Shown: positions 42,715 through 54,023 of the stretch, in pieces
Layout: the number at the start of each line of letters is the position of its first letter
Numbering within the stretch: the stretch's first letter is position 1
Origin: an uncultured Gemmatimonadales bacterium
GTDB taxonomy: Bacteria > Gemmatimonadota > Gemmatimonadetes > Gemmatimonadales > GWC2-71-9
Length of the DNA stretch: 64,000 nt
Direction: 5' to 3'
Assembly (NCBI GenBank): GCA_963844035.1
Contig: CAWJMT010000035.1
Location: forward strand, 224,001 to 288,000
Made by a program: the position numbers and the translations under genes
Notes under the pieces: model-generated
Told to the model about the DNA's origin: nothing
Database searches by the model: none
The model's input: the letters and a program-made list of their open reading frames with translations, nothing else

Positions 42715-45491
42715 CTAGGAGCAGCCCAGCGACTTCAGCTTGCTGTCCAGCACGTCGCGCTGGAATCGCCACTCCCGCTCCTTTTCGCGCTCCTTGGCGA
42801 CCACATCCGCGGGCGCCCGGGCGACGAAGTTCTCGTTGGACAGCTTGGCCGTGAGGCCCTTGAGTAATTGATCGAGCCGCTCCCGCTCGGTGGAGAGACG
42901 CTTGCATTCCTGACCGAGGTCGATAGCGCCTTCGAGCGCCACGAACACCTCGGTGCCGTCCCCCAGCACCGCATGCGCGCCCGCACCGTTCGGCTGCTTG
43001 GCGAGGGTCAGGCCTTCGAGCTGCCCGAGCCGCATGATGGTTTCCCGCTCGCCGGCGAACGCCTCCGAGCCATCGGCGCTGCGGGATACGATGGCGGCTT
43101 TGAGCCGCGTTTTGGGCGGCACCCGGTAGTCGGCGCGGATGGCGCGGATCCGCTCTATCGCCTGCTTCACGCGCTCGAACTGTGCCTCGGCCGCAGCATC
43201 CTCGAATTCAGCGCGCCGCTCGGGCCACGACGCGACGGCGAGCAGCTCGTTGGGCTGCCGGCCCGGGAGCTTCTGCCACAGCTCCTCGGTAATGAACGGC
43301 ACCACCGGGTGTAGCAGGCGCAGCGCCGAGTCGAAACAGTAGGTGAGCACCCAGCGGGCGCCCGCTGCTTCGGGGGCGCGCCTGCCGCGGCTAGCCGCGG
43401 TTTCACGGCCTCGACGTACCAGTCGGCGAGGTCGTGCCACACGAAGTCAAAGCAGCGCTTCGCACCCTCGTCTAGACGGAACTGTTCGAACGATGTAGTG
43501 ACGTCGCGAATCGTGCGTCTGCAGGCGCGAGAGGATCCAGCGGTCTGCGAGCGTGATGCACGTCGGCCGGCGCGACCGGGTGTCCCGGAGCAGCGGGCGC
43601 CCTCTGGGCTGCTGCGGAGGGAGACCCGGTCGTGCCGGCCGAGTCACCCAGTTGTGCGAGGACGAACCGCCCGATGTTCCAGAGCTTGTTCGCAAAGTTG
43701 CGACCGGGCGCGAAGGTGGTCTCGAGGTCGTTGGGATCGAGCACGACGTCGGCACCGAGCGAGCTCCCGGCGATCAGGGTCCAGCGCAGCGCGTCGGCGC
43801 CGGTGAGCTTCACGACGTCGAGCGGATCGATGCCGTTGCCGAGCGACTTCGACATGCGGCGGTGCTTCGTGTCGCGCGCGGTGCCGTGCAGGTACACCGT
43901 CGTGAACGGCTTGCGTCCCAGGAAGTGATATCCCGCCATGATCATGCGGGCCACCCAGAAGAACAGGATCTCCGGTGCCGTCACGAGCGTGGTGCCGGGA
44001 TAAAACCGCTTCAAGTCGGGGGTCTCGTCGGGCCAGCCGAGCGTCGCGAACGGCCACAGCCACGAGGAGAACCACGTGTCCAGCACGTCGGGGTCCTGCG
44101 TGATCTTCCCGTCGCCGCATTTGGGACAGCGGCTGGGATCCTCGCGCGCGGCCCAGACGTGCGCGCACTTGCCGCAGGTGAACACCGGGATGCGGTGTCC
44201 CCACCAGAGCTGCCGCGAGATGTTCCAGTCGCGGATGTTCTCCATCCAGTGCTCGTAGGTCGCGTTCCACCGCTCCGGCACGATGCGGATCTCGCCCGCG
44301 CGGTAGGCCGCGAGCGCCGGCTCGGCGAGCGGTTTCATCTTCACGAACCACTGGTCGGAGAGCCGCGGCTCGACCACGGTGTCGCAGCGGTAGCAGTGCC
44401 GCACCGCGTGCGGATGCGGCTCGATCTTCACGAGGAGCCCTTGCTCCTTGAGCATCCCGACGATCTTCTCGCGTGCGGCGAATCGGTCGAGCCCCTCGAG
44501 GTCCGCAGGTACGCGAGCGCTTTGACCGCCTGACCGCCCGACCGCCTGACCGCCGCCGTTGTCTCCCATCGTTCCGTCTTCCCGCATCACGAGCGGCATC
44601 GGGAGCTTGTGCCGCAGGCCAATCTCGAAATCGTTCGCGTCGTGCGCCGGCGTCACCTTCACAAAACCGGTGCCGAATTTCGGGTCCACGGCATCGTCGC
44701 CGACGATGGGGATGGTCACGTTCGCGATCGGGACCCGGGCGGTCTTCCCGATGAAGCCGCGGTGCCGCGGATCGTCGGGATGCACCGCCACCGCGCTGTC
44801 CCCCAGCATGGTCTCCGGGACGCGTGGTGGCGACCGTGAGATAGGGCGCCGGTCCTCCCTCCACGGGATAGCGGATGTGGTACAGCTTGCCGGTTTCGTC
44901 CGTGAACTCAGCCTCTTCATCAGACAGGGCGGTGCGGCACCGGATGCACCAGTGGATCACGCGGTGGCCGCGGTAGATCAGGCCCGTCTCCCACAGCCGC
45001 ACGAACACTTCGCGCACCGCCCGCGAGTAGGCCGGGTCAAGGGTAAAGCGCGTGCGGCTCCAGTCGCAGGAGGAGCCGATCACCTTGAGCTGCTCGAGGA
45101 TGGTGGCGCCGGTGGTGCGCACGAACGCCCACACCCGTTCCACGAACTGCTCGCGGCCCACGTCGAATCGGGTTTTTCCTTCCTTGCCGAGCAGCCGCTC
45201 GACCACGTTTTGGGTGGCGATCCCTGCGTGGTCGGTGCCCGGGACCCAGAACGCTTCGTGCCCCCGCATCCGCGCGCAGCGGATCAGGGCGTCCTGGATC
45301 GAGTTGTTCATCCCGTGGCCCATGTGCAGCACGCCGGTCACATTGGGCGGCGGCATGAAGATCACGTAGGGCGGCTTGGGGGAATCGTTCCGCGCGGTGA
45401 ACACGCCCGCGTCGAGCCAGCGCTGGTACAACCGCGGCTCGACCTCGTGGGACTCGTACTGGGGCGCCAGCGCGAAGGTGGGTTGCGGCAT
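42715..45491 (-). CDS. valS: valine--tRNA ligase; apparent frameshifts near 44820 and 43380-43520
   Basis: PPPNVTGVLHMGH, GTDHAGIATQ, FGTG.VKVTPAHD.ND, DWNISRQLWWGHRIP, DVLDTWFSS, RMSKSLGN, KL.NE.FV..AP. Confidence 0.95.
44523..44554. repeat. 8-bp tandem array (TGACCGCC x4) inside valS
   Basis: tgaccgcc tgaccgcc cgaccgcc tgaccgcc; translated in valS as GGQAVGRSGGQ. Confidence 0.88.
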
Positions 45492-45528
45492 TTCCTTAAG
45501 ATAGCCCTTCTACTAGAATTCTCTCCGA

Positions 45529-45684
45529 ATGTCCGACCAATCTAATGCTCTGAGCCGTGTCGTCCGCTGGGGTGCCGTCGGGGTGCTGCTGTGCGTTGCC
45601 ATCCTGCTGTACTTCCGGATGGGGACTCACCTCGAGCCACTGACCGCGCATCCAGCGGACGCGACCGCCCAACCGGCACACTGA
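45529..45684 (+). CDS. small single-pass membrane protein (51 aa; not in ORF track)
   Basis: MSDQSNALSRVVRWGAVGVLLCVAILLYFRMGTHLEPLTAHPADATAQPAH*; stops 5 nt before the thrS ATG. Confidence 0.6.
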   Translation: MSDQSNALSRVVRWGAVGVLLCVAILLYFRMGTHLEPLTAHPADATAQPAH

Positions 45685-45689
45685 CCGCC

Positions 45690-47620
45690 ATGGCAGCCTC
45701 GGAAATTCGCGTCACGCTCCCGGATGGGAGCGAACGGACCCTGCCCGCCGGCGCCACCGGCGCCGACCTGGCGCGGGCGGTCGGGCCCGGTCTGGCCAAG
45801 GCGGCGCTCGCCATACGGGTCGACGGTCAGGTGCGCGATCTCGCGCGTCCGCTCCCCGATGGCGCCAAGGTGGCGGTGGTGACCGATCGCGACCCCCAGG
45901 CGCTCGAGGTGCTGCGCCACTCGAGCGCCCACGTGCTCGCCACCGCGGTGCGGCAGCTCTTCCCGCACGCGAAGATCGGGTTCGGTCCGCCAATCGAGGA
46001 CGGGTTCTACTACGACTTCGAGGTGCCGACCCCGTTCACCCCCGCGGATCTGGAGCAGATCGAGGCCAAGATGCTCGAGGTGGCCCAGGCCGACTACCCG
46101 TTCACCCGCGAAGAGGTGAACCGTGCCGAGGCCAAGAAACGCTTCGTGGACGATCCGCTCAAACTGGAGCGCATCGACGACCTCGGCGAAAACGAGGTGA
46201 TCACCGTCTATACCGACGGTCCGTTCATCGACTTATGCCGCGGCCCGCACGTGCCCAGCACCGGCAAGATCAAGCACGTCAAACTGCTGCACGCGGCCGC
46301 CGCGTACTGGCGTGGCGATTCCCGTCGCCAGATGCTGCAGCGCATCTACGGCACCGCGTGGTTCAAGAAGGAAGACCTCGAGCAGTACCTCCACCGGCTG
46401 CAGGAGGCCGCCAAGCGCGATCACCGCAAGGTGGGTCGCGAGCTGGACCTGTTCATGTTCCATCACTGGGCGCCGGGCGCCGCGTTCTGGACCAGCCGCG
46501 GCACTGCGATGATCAACGAGCTGAACGGCTACCTGCGCCTGCTGCAGCGCGACGGCTACCACGAGATCAAGACGCCGCTGTTGTACAACAAGGGGCTGTG
46601 GGAGCAGTCGGGACACTGGGGCAAGTACCAGGAAAACATGTTCCTGGTACTCGACAACGAGACGAAGGAGCACGACTTCTCGTTGAAGCCGATGAATTGC
46701 CCGTCGCACTACCTCATGTATCTGGCGGGGAAGCACAGCTATCGGGAGCTGCCGCTGCGCTACAGCACCTACGACGTGCTGCACCGCAACGAGATCTCCG
46801 GCGCGTTGTCGGGCCTGACGCGGGTGCGCCAGTTCCAGCAGGACGACTGTCACATCTTCCTGATGGAGAGCCAGATCGCCGACGAGGTCAAGCGGCTGGT
46901 GGATTTCATCCTCGCGTTCTACAAGACCTTCTCGCTCACGGCGGAATTGCGGTTCTGCACCCGGCCCGCCGTGCGCATCGGTGACGACGCGATGTGGGAC
47001 CGGGCCGAGGGGGCGCTGCGCGGCGCGCTGGAGGCCACGGGGCTCGCGTACACGACCAACGCCGGAGACGGCGCCTTCTACGGGCCCAAGATCGATTTCC
47101 ACGTGGCCGATTCGATCGGGCGGACCTGGCAGCTCGGCACCATTCAGCTCGACTACGCGGCGCCCGAGCGGTTCGGAATGATCTACGTCGGTGAGGACAA
47201 CACCGAGCATCGCCCGGTGGTCATCCATCGCGCGGTGAGCGGGTCGTTCGAACGGTTCATGGCCATCCTCATCGAGCATTTCGCCGGCGCGTTCCCCCTC
47301 TGGCTCTCGCCGGAGCAGGTGCGCGTGCTGCCGATCGCGGAGGGCCAGCTGGCGGCGGCGCGCACCGTCCACCAGCGGTTGCGCGACGCCGGGATCCGCT
47401 CGCACCTGGATGAGCGCAACGAGACGTTGAACTACAAGGTGCGCGACGGGGAGGTGCAGAAGGTCCCGTACCTCGCGGTGGTCGGGGAGCGCGAAGCGCA
47501 GGCCGGAACAGTGGCGCTGCGCGCGCGCGGCGCCGGCAACAAGCAGGTCGTCATTCCCGTGGAAGAGCTTCTCGGCCGGCTGACCGAGGAGATTCGCACG
47601 CGGGCATTGCCCTCGTTAGT
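45690..47620 (+). CDS. thrS: threonine--tRNA ligase; true stop probably near 47620 (ORF runs on to 47777, probably through an indel)
   Basis: TGS domain, HSSAHVLA, GPPIEDGFYYD, DLCRGPH, RDHRK.G, KPMNCP.H, GLTRVR.F.QDD, FYGPKID, GS.ERF. Confidence 0.96.
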
Positions 47621-47657
47621 TGAGGTAGGGGCGAGGTCCTGCCTCGCCCGTACCGAC

Positions 47658-48849
47658 ATGAGCCGCCGACACCACCACCCCCGTCATCCTCAGTGCGGTC
47701 CGCACGCCGGTCGGGCGCTATCTGGGCGGGCTCGCTGCGCTCCCCGCGCCACAGCTCGGCGCCCGCGTCATTCGTGAAACCGTGCGTCGCTCTGGGATCG
47801 ATCCCGCCGCGGTGGACGAAGTCATCATGGGGAACGTGCTGCAGGGCGGGGTGGGGCAGGCACCCGCCCGCCAGGCCGCTATCCACGCGGGACTCCCCGG
47901 CACCATCCCGGCACTCACGATCAACAAGGTGTGCGGCTCCGGCCTCAAAGCCGTGATGCTCGCGGCGCAGGCGATCCGCGCGGGGGACGAGCAGTGCATC
48001 GTCGCCGGCGGGATGGAGTCCATGTCCAACGCCGTGCACTACGTCTACGGGATGCGCAGCGGGATCAAAGCGGGGAACAGCCAGCTCGTGGACGGCATGA
48101 TTCACGATGGGCTCTGGGATTCGTTCTCGAACACCCACATGGGCAACCTCGCCGAGTACACCGCCAAGAAGGCCGGCATCACGCGCGAAGACCAGGATCG
48201 CTTCGCGGTCGAGAGCCATCAGAAAGCGGTGGCGGCGATGGCGGCCGGTCGCTTCAAGGCCGAGCTGGTACCGGTCGAAATCGCCGGCAAGAAAGGTCCC
48301 ACGGTCGTCGATCAGGATGAGGGGCCGCGCAAAGACACCTCCCTCGCGGCGCTCGCGGCGCTGTCGCCCTCCTTCGAAAAAGGAGGGACGGTCACCCCGG
48401 GCAACGCGCCCGGGCTGAACGACGGTGCGAGCGCGCTGGTCGTCACGTCCCTCGCCTTCGCGCGCGCCCATGGGCTCGCTCCGATGGCGCGCATCATGGC
48501 CTACGCCACCGGCGGCGGGGACCCGAAGGACCTGTTCTTCGCGCCGATCGTCGCGGTGAAATCGCTGCTCGCCAAAACCGGCTCGGTCGTCGGCGACTAC
48601 GACTTGATCGAGGCCAACGAGGCGTTCGCCGTGCAAGCCCTGGCCGACGGACGGGCCCTCGGCTGGGACTGGGACCGCGTGAACGTGAACGGGGGCGCGA
48701 TCGCGCTGGGGCACCCGATCGGCGCGTCGGGCGCGCGCGTGCTCACCACGTTGCTCCATGCCCTGAGGGATCGGAAACGGAGCTCCGGCCTCGCCACGCT
48801 GTGCCTGGGTGGCGGCAACGCGGTCGCGTTGAGCGTGGAGCTGATGTGA
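47658..48849 (+). CDS. acetyl-CoA C-acetyltransferase (thiolase); apparent frameshift near 47670
   Basis: SAVRTPVG, GQAPARQA, INKVCGSG, GGMESMS, NEAFA, GGAIALGHPIGASG, LCLGGG. Confidence 0.93.
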
Positions 48850-49742
48850 CGTCCCGCGCGCGCCTCTGGCTCGAGGGCGTGCGCCCGCTGGGCGTCGCGC
48901 TGGTCTGGATCGCGTTGTACGCCGTCGTCTCCGGTGGAATCGGGCTGGGCCTCACCCAAGCCTGCTGGTTTGCGGCTGATCGCAGCGGCGTTGCGCTTCC
49001 CGACCTGTCCTCCCCCTGGTTCCTCGCCGTCCTCGCGCCTTGCTGGGTCGCTGGATTTGGCGTGGCGACCTGGCTCGTCGGTGCCCGCCTTGCCAAGCAT
49101 TCACGCGTGGAATTGGGTTGGCGCGCAGAAGGCGGCGCGCTGCGAGCGATGGTCCTGGGATGCGGACTCGGCACCCTGGCGGCAGCGCTCGCGGTGGCGC
49201 TCGCGATCGGTGTGGGCGGGGCGCGGCTGCGCTTCGCGCACCACTGGCACGCCTATTTCGCGGTGGCGGCGCCGGTCGCTCTCGGGTTGCTCGCCGCGGC
49301 CCTGGCCGAGGAGCTCGCGTTCCGCGGATTCCCGCTCAGCCGGCTGGGCCGCGCGCTCGGCGCTGGGCGGGCGACGATCGTGCTCGCGGTCGTGTTCGGG
49401 GTGGCGCACGCCATGAACCCCAATGCGAGTGTGTTCGGCATAGTGAATGTCGCGCTCGCCGGGGTGTGGTTGTCGGTGGCCTTCTTCTCGCCCGGCGGCA
49501 TCGTGCTGGGGTGGGGGTTGCATTTCGGCTGGAATTTCGGATTGGCGCTGCTGGGCGCGCCGGTGAGCGGCATGCGGCTCGGTCCGCCGCAGGCGGCTTA
49601 TCACCCGGGTTCACACCCCTGGTTCGACGGCGGGGCGTTTGGGCCGGAAGGCGGGCTGGTGGGGACGATCGCGATTGCGGCGGGCCTCGCCGCGCTCGTC
49701 GGCTCGCGCCTGCGCCGTCCGCGCGCCTGGGTGACGGTATGA
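48846..49742 (+). CDS. CPBP (CAAX/Abi) family intramembrane metalloprotease
   Basis: EELAFRG, FG.AH..NP, HFGWN, GG.FGPEGG. Confidence 0.88.
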   Translation: MTSRARLWLEGVRPLGVALVWIALYAVVSGGIGLGLTQACWFAADRSGVALPDLSSPWFLAVLAPCWVAGFGVATWLVGARLAKHSRVELGWRAEGGALRAMVLGCGLGTLAAALAVALAIGVGGARLRFAHHWHAYFAVAAPVALGLLAAALAEELAFRGFPLSRLGRALGAGRATIVLAVVFGVAHAMNPNASVFGIVNVALAGVWLSVAFFSPGGIVLGWGLHFGWNFGLALLGAPVSGMRLGPPQAAYHPGSHPWFDGGAFGPEGGLVGTIAIAAGLAALVGSRLRRPRAWVTV

Positions 49743-50587
49743 GCCGGGTCGCGGTACTGGGTGCGGGAACGATGGGGTGTGGCATCGCGCAGGTGTTCGC
49801 CCAGTCCGGTTGGACGACGGCGTTGTCGGATGTCTCAGGACCCGCGCTCGAGCGGGGCCTCGAGACCATCCAGCGCAACCTCGAGCGTCAGGTGAAGAAA
49901 GCTGCTCTCACGCCGGCGCTGCGCGACGCCGCGCTGGGGTTGATCCGTCCCGCCACGCTGGCCGAAGCCGCGGCGGATGCGGAGCTCGTGATCGAGGCGG
50001 CGACCGAAGATCGTCTCACCAAGTTCAAGATCTTTCAGGAGGCCGATCGCACCGCGCCTCCCGGCGCGATTCTCGCGAGCAACACATCGTCGATCTCTAT
50101 TACGGCGATCGCCGGTCAGACGCGGCGCGCCCCGCAGGTGATCGGCATGCACTTCATGAATCCGGTGCCCGTGATGCAGCTCGTCGAAGTGATCCGCGGA
50201 CTCGACACCTCCGATCAGACCACCCAACGAGTGCTCGAGATCGCCACCGCCCTCGGGAAAACACCGGTGACGGTGCGCGACGCACCCGGGTTCGTGTCCA
50301 ACCGCGTGCTGCTGCCGATGATCAACGAGGCGATCTTCTGCGTGATGGAGGGCGTGGCTAGCCCCGAGGCGGTGGACACGGTGATGAAGCTCGGCATGAA
50401 CCATCCCCTCGGCCCCCTCGCGCTCGCGGACCTGATCGGCCTGGACGTCTGTCTCGCGATCCTGGAAGTGCTGCATCGCGATCTGGGGGACGACAAATAC
50501 CGCCCGGCGCCGCTGCTCGCCCAAATGGTCGCGGCCGGCCGCTTGGGAAAAAAGAGCGGACGTGGTTTCTATGTCTACCGCGCTTGA
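49739..50587 (+). CDS. hbd: 3-hydroxybutyryl-CoA dehydrogenase
   Basis: GAGTMG.GIA, ASNTSSISIT, GMHFMNPVP, PGFV.NR, HPLGPL.LAD.IGLD, G.KSG.GFY. Confidence 0.92.
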   Translation: MSRVAVLGAGTMGCGIAQVFAQSGWTTALSDVSGPALERGLETIQRNLERQVKKAALTPALRDAALGLIRPATLAEAAADAELVIEAATEDRLTKFKIFQEADRTAPPGAILASNTSSISITAIAGQTRRAPQVIGMHFMNPVPVMQLVEVIRGLDTSDQTTQRVLEIATALGKTPVTVRDAPGFVSNRVLLPMINEAIFCVMEGVASPEAVDTVMKLGMNHPLGPLALADLIGLDVCLAILEVLHRDLGDDKYRPAPLLAQMVAAGRLGKKSGRGFYVYRA

Positions 50588-51725
50588 GTCGACCGGCCTC
50601 TCCGAGACCCAACGGCAGATCGTCGAGCTGGCGCGTGAGTTCGCGCACAACCGTGTCGCGCCACACGCCGCCGAGTGGGACCGCACATTACAGCTGCCGC
50701 GCTCCGTCCTGACCGAGCTGGGCGCGCTCGGATTCCTGGGAATGATGACGCCCGAAGCGGACGATGGGATGGGGCTCGACACGCTCACCTATCTGCTCGC
50801 GCTCGAGGAGCTCGCGGCCGCCGATGCGAGCGTCGCGGTCGCGGTCGGGATCCAGCACGCGGTGCAGAGCGGTTTGTTGCAGCGGCACGGGAGCGCGGCG
50901 CAGCGGGAGCGCTGGCTGCGGCCGCTGGCGCGCGGCGAGCTGCTCGCGGCGTTCGCACTCGCCGAGCCCGACGCCGGCTCCGACACCGGGGCGTTGCGCA
51001 CGCAGGCCGTGCGCGAGGGCGACGGCTGGGTCCTGACCGGTACGAAGGCGTGGGTGACCAACGGCGCCTCCGCGGATGTCATCATCGTGCTCGCCCGCAC
51101 GGCGTCGCGGACCGATGCGGCGGCGATGTCCGCGTTCATCGTCCCAGCGGTGCTCGCGGGTTACCGGCCGCGCGCGGACACCATGGGTCTGCGGGCGGCG
51201 AGCCTGGCTTCGGTGACGCTCCAAGACGTGGCCGTGCCGGCGGACCACCTCGTGGGCGAGGAGGGACGGGGGTTGGAGTACGCGCTCGAGGTGCGTGACA
51301 TCAGCCAGCTGGGCACGGCGATCGTGGCGGTGGGGATTGCGCGGCGGGCGCTCGAGCACGCGGTCGGCTACTGCGCGGAGCGGAAGCAGTTCGGCCAGGC
51401 GCTGCGCGAGTTCCAAGCCCTGCAGTTCAAACTCGCCGACATGGCCACGCGCGTCGCGGCGGCCCGGGCCCTGGCGCATGCCGCGGCGGCGGCGCGGGAT
51501 CGCGGCGAAGCGAGCGCGCGCCCGGCCAGCATGGCCAAGCTGCTCGCCTCCGAAACGGCGATGTGGGTGACGACCCAGGCGATTCAGTTGTTCGGCGGCT
51601 ACGGCTACATGCGTGACTTCCCGGTCGAGAAGCTGTTTCGGGACGCCAAGGGCACGGAGTTGTTGGACGGGACGAGTGAGATGCAGCGTGTCACGATTGC
51701 CCAGGGGCTCTATCAGGGCGGGTAG
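50571..51725 (+). CDS. acyl-CoA dehydrogenase
   Basis: FALAEPDAGSD, GTKAWVTNG, R.QFG, MAKL.ASE, Q.FGGYGY, GTSEMQR. Confidence 0.92.
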   Translation: MSTALESTGLSETQRQIVELAREFAHNRVAPHAAEWDRTLQLPRSVLTELGALGFLGMMTPEADDGMGLDTLTYLLALEELAAADASVAVAVGIQHAVQSGLLQRHGSAAQRERWLRPLARGELLAAFALAEPDAGSDTGALRTQAVREGDGWVLTGTKAWVTNGASADVIIVLARTASRTDAAAMSAFIVPAVLAGYRPRADTMGLRAASLASVTLQDVAVPADHLVGEEGRGLEYALEVRDISQLGTAIVAVGIARRALEHAVGYCAERKQFGQALREFQALQFKLADMATRVAAARALAHAAAAARDRGEASARPASMAKLLASETAMWVTTQAIQLFGGYGYMRDFPVEKLFRDAKGTELLDGTSEMQRVTIAQGLYQGG

Positions 51726-51747
51726 GCGGGCAGGCGGGTGGGCAGGC
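51716..51747. repeat. 8-bp tandem array (RGGCGGGY x3-4) over the ACAD stop codon
   Basis: gggcgggt aggcgggc aggcgggt gggcaggc. Confidence 0.65.
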
Positions 51748-51817
51748 GCCTTGCCCGGATGGCGTTGGGAGCTATCATGTGGCGGAGGACGGCACGCCGC
51801 AACGCGGAGGGAGCACG

Positions 51818-52255
51818 GTGGCTGAGCAGATCTACATCGGTGCCGATCACGCGGGCTTCGCGCTCAAGCAGAAGCTCGTGGAGGAGTTGAAGCGCCTGGG
51901 ATACGAGCCGGTCGACGTGGGTCCCAAGACCATGGATCCCCTGGACGATTTTCCCGACTTCGCCAAGCCGGTGGCGGCGGCGGTGAGCACGGGTAAGGCG
52001 CCGCGGGGGGTGCTGACCTGCGGGTCGGGGCTCGGGATGTCGTATACCGCGAACCGCTTCCCGCACGTCCGGGCGGCCGTCGCCTGGAGTGCGGAAGTCG
52101 CCGAGTTGGCGCGCAAGCACAACGACGCCAACATCCTCGTCCTGCCGGCGCGCTTCGTGAGCGACGCGGAAGGGCTGGAGATCCTGCACAAGTGGCTGGA
52201 CACGGCCTTCGAGGGCGGCCGCCACGCGCGGCGCGTCGAGAAGATCGAGTCATGA
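51818..52255 (+). CDS. rpiB: ribose-5-phosphate isomerase B
   Basis: GADHAGF.LK, D.PD, CGSG.G, AN, R.HNDAN, FEGGRH.RR. Confidence 0.93.
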   Translation: MAEQIYIGADHAGFALKQKLVEELKRLGYEPVDVGPKTMDPLDDFPDFAKPVAAAVSTGKAPRGVLTCGSGLGMSYTANRFPHVRAAVAWSAEVAELARKHNDANILVLPARFVSDAEGLEILHKWLDTAFEGGRHARRVEKIES

Positions 52256-53538
52256 GCGACCGTTTAGCCCCGCTGGCCAAGGCCGATCCCGCCATCGCCG
52301 GACTGGTGCGGCGTGAGCAGGAGCGGCAGGAGCACGGGCTCGAGCTGATCGCGAGCGAGAACTTCGTCTCGGTCGCGGTGCTCGAAGCGGCGGGTACGGT
52401 GCTTACCAACAAGTACGCCGAAGGCGTGCCCCGCAAACGGTATTACGGCGGGTGCGAGGTGATCGACGAGATCGAGCAGCTCGCGGTCGATCGCGCCAAG
52501 CAGCTGTTCGGCGCCGAGCACGTCAACGTGCAGCCGCACTCGGGCGCGCAGGCGAACATGGCGGCATACCTCGCCGTCGCGAAACCCGGCGACAAGCTCA
52601 TGGGTCTCGCCCTGCCGCACGGTGGGCACCTGACGCACGGGTCCCCGGTCAACTTTTCCGGCACCCTGTTCCAGGCGTCCTCCTATGGCGTGCGGGAAGA
52701 AACGGGCCGCATCGACTACGATCAAGTCCGCGACCTGGCGCGGCGCGATCGGCCTCGCCTGCTCATCGGCGGTGGTAGCGCCTACGCGCGCATCATCGAC
52801 TTTCCGGCGTTGCGCAGCATCGCGGACGAAGTGGGCGCCATCCTCGTGGTAGACATGGCGCATTTCGCAGGGCTCGTGGCGGCGGGACTGCACCCCTCGC
52901 CCGTGCCGCACGCGCAGATCGTCACGACCACCACGCACAAAACGCTGCGCGGCCCGCGCGGCGGGATGATTCTGTGCCGCGAGGTGCATGCGAAGGACGT
53001 GGACAAGCAGGTCTTCCCCGGAACCCAGGGTGGACCGCTCGAGCACATCATCGCGGCCAAGGCGGTGGCGCTGGGCGAAGCACTGGCGCCCGACTTCAAG
53101 CAGTACGCCGCGCAGGTGATCAAGAATGCTCAGGCCCTCGCCGCCGGGTTGATCGCGCGCGGCTACGCCATCGTCTCGGGGGGCACCGACACGCACCTGA
53201 TGCTGGTCGATCTGCGTCCCAAGCAGGTGACCGGGAAGGATGCGCAGGAGCTGCTCGACAAGGCGCAGATCACGGTCAACAAGAACACGATCCCGGGCGA
53301 TCCCCAGAAGGCGTTCGTCACGAGCGGCATCCGCCTCGGCACGCCCGCGGTCACGACGCGCGGGCTGCGCGAGCCGGAGATGGACGTCATCGCCGAGCTG
53401 ATCGACACCGTGCTGACCAAGAAGGACGACGCGACCATCGCGCGCGTGAAGGTCAGCGTGCGCGAGCTTACCGATCGGTTCCCGCTGTACGCCGCGCCGC
53501 GCCCGTCGGCTCCCCAGGCCGCGGCGTCGCGCGTCTGA
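52252..53538 (+). CDS. glyA: serine hydroxymethyltransferase
   Basis: [51 protein letters not shown]. Confidence 0.97.
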   Translation: MSDRLAPLAKADPAIAGLVRREQERQEHGLELIASENFVSVAVLEAAGTVLTNKYAEGVPRKRYYGGCEVIDEIEQLAVDRAKQLFGAEHVNVQPHSGAQANMAAYLAVAKPGDKLMGLALPHGGHLTHGSPVNFSGTLFQASSYGVREETGRIDYDQVRDLARRDRPRLLIGGGSAYARIIDFPALRSIADEVGAILVVDMAHFAGLVAAGLHPSPVPHAQIVTTTTHKTLRGPRGGMILCREVHAKDVDKQVFPGTQGGPLEHIIAAKAVALGEALAPDFKQYAAQVIKNAQALAAGLIARGYAIVSGGTDTHLMLVDLRPKQVTGKDAQELLDKAQITVNKNTIPGDPQKAFVTSGIRLGTPAVTTRGLREPEMDVIAELIDTVLTKKDDATIARVKVSVRELTDRFPLYAAPRPSAPQAAASRV

Positions 53539-53567
53539 CGCCCCCCGCCCGAGACTAGCGCATCCGC

Positions 53568-54023
53568 ATGGCAGACACCGGGTCGGGTCAGGATCCCAGG
53601 AGCTCAGGGGGGTTCACCGTCCACATCGCGGACGAGCTCGAGGTCTACTTCAATGAAGTGGCGCGCGGGCGGCCCGTCGGATTCGTCGGCTCGCTCAAGT
53701 GGAAGCCGCCGACCGACGTGTACGAGACCGAGGATGCCGTCGTCGTCCACATGGACATTGCGGGCATGCGCTCGGGCGACTTCCACGTGGAGCTCGCCGA
53801 GAGCATCCTGACGATTTCGGGTGAGCGGCTGCCGCGGCGTGACGGCAAACGGCACTACCACGCGATGGAAATCCAGATCGGGCCGTTCGAGCGGCGGCTG
53901 CGCATCCCCGCACCGGTCGATCCCGACAGCGTGCACGCGAGCTACGAGGCCGGCTTCCTCGAGGTTCGCCTCCGGAAACTCCCGGTGCGGCGCTCCGGCA
54001 CGCACTCCGTCAAAGTCGAATGA
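53568..54023 (+). CDS. Hsp20/alpha-crystallin small heat-shock protein
   Basis: W.PPTDVYET, L.I.GER, EI..G.FER...P, A.YE.G.L.V.L.K. Confidence 0.88.
   Translation: MADTGSGQDPRSSGGFTVHIADELEVYFNEVARGRPVGFVGSLKWKPPTDVYETEDAVVVHMDIAGMRSGDFHVELAESILTISGERLPRRDGKRHYHAMEIQIGPFERRLRIPAPVDPDSVHASYEAGFLEVRLRKLPVRRSGTHSVKVE

Noticed and set aside
36843..45491. Programmed frameshifting or pseudogenisation of purH, selA and valS
   Set aside because: Shifts are scattered through many genes including essential valS, with no slippery motif that I could identify; consistent with sequencing indels.
47620..47777. C-terminal extension of ThrRS
   Set aside because: Homology ends near 47610, a hairpin (47629-47649) and the thiolase start (47658) follow; read-through is probably an indel.
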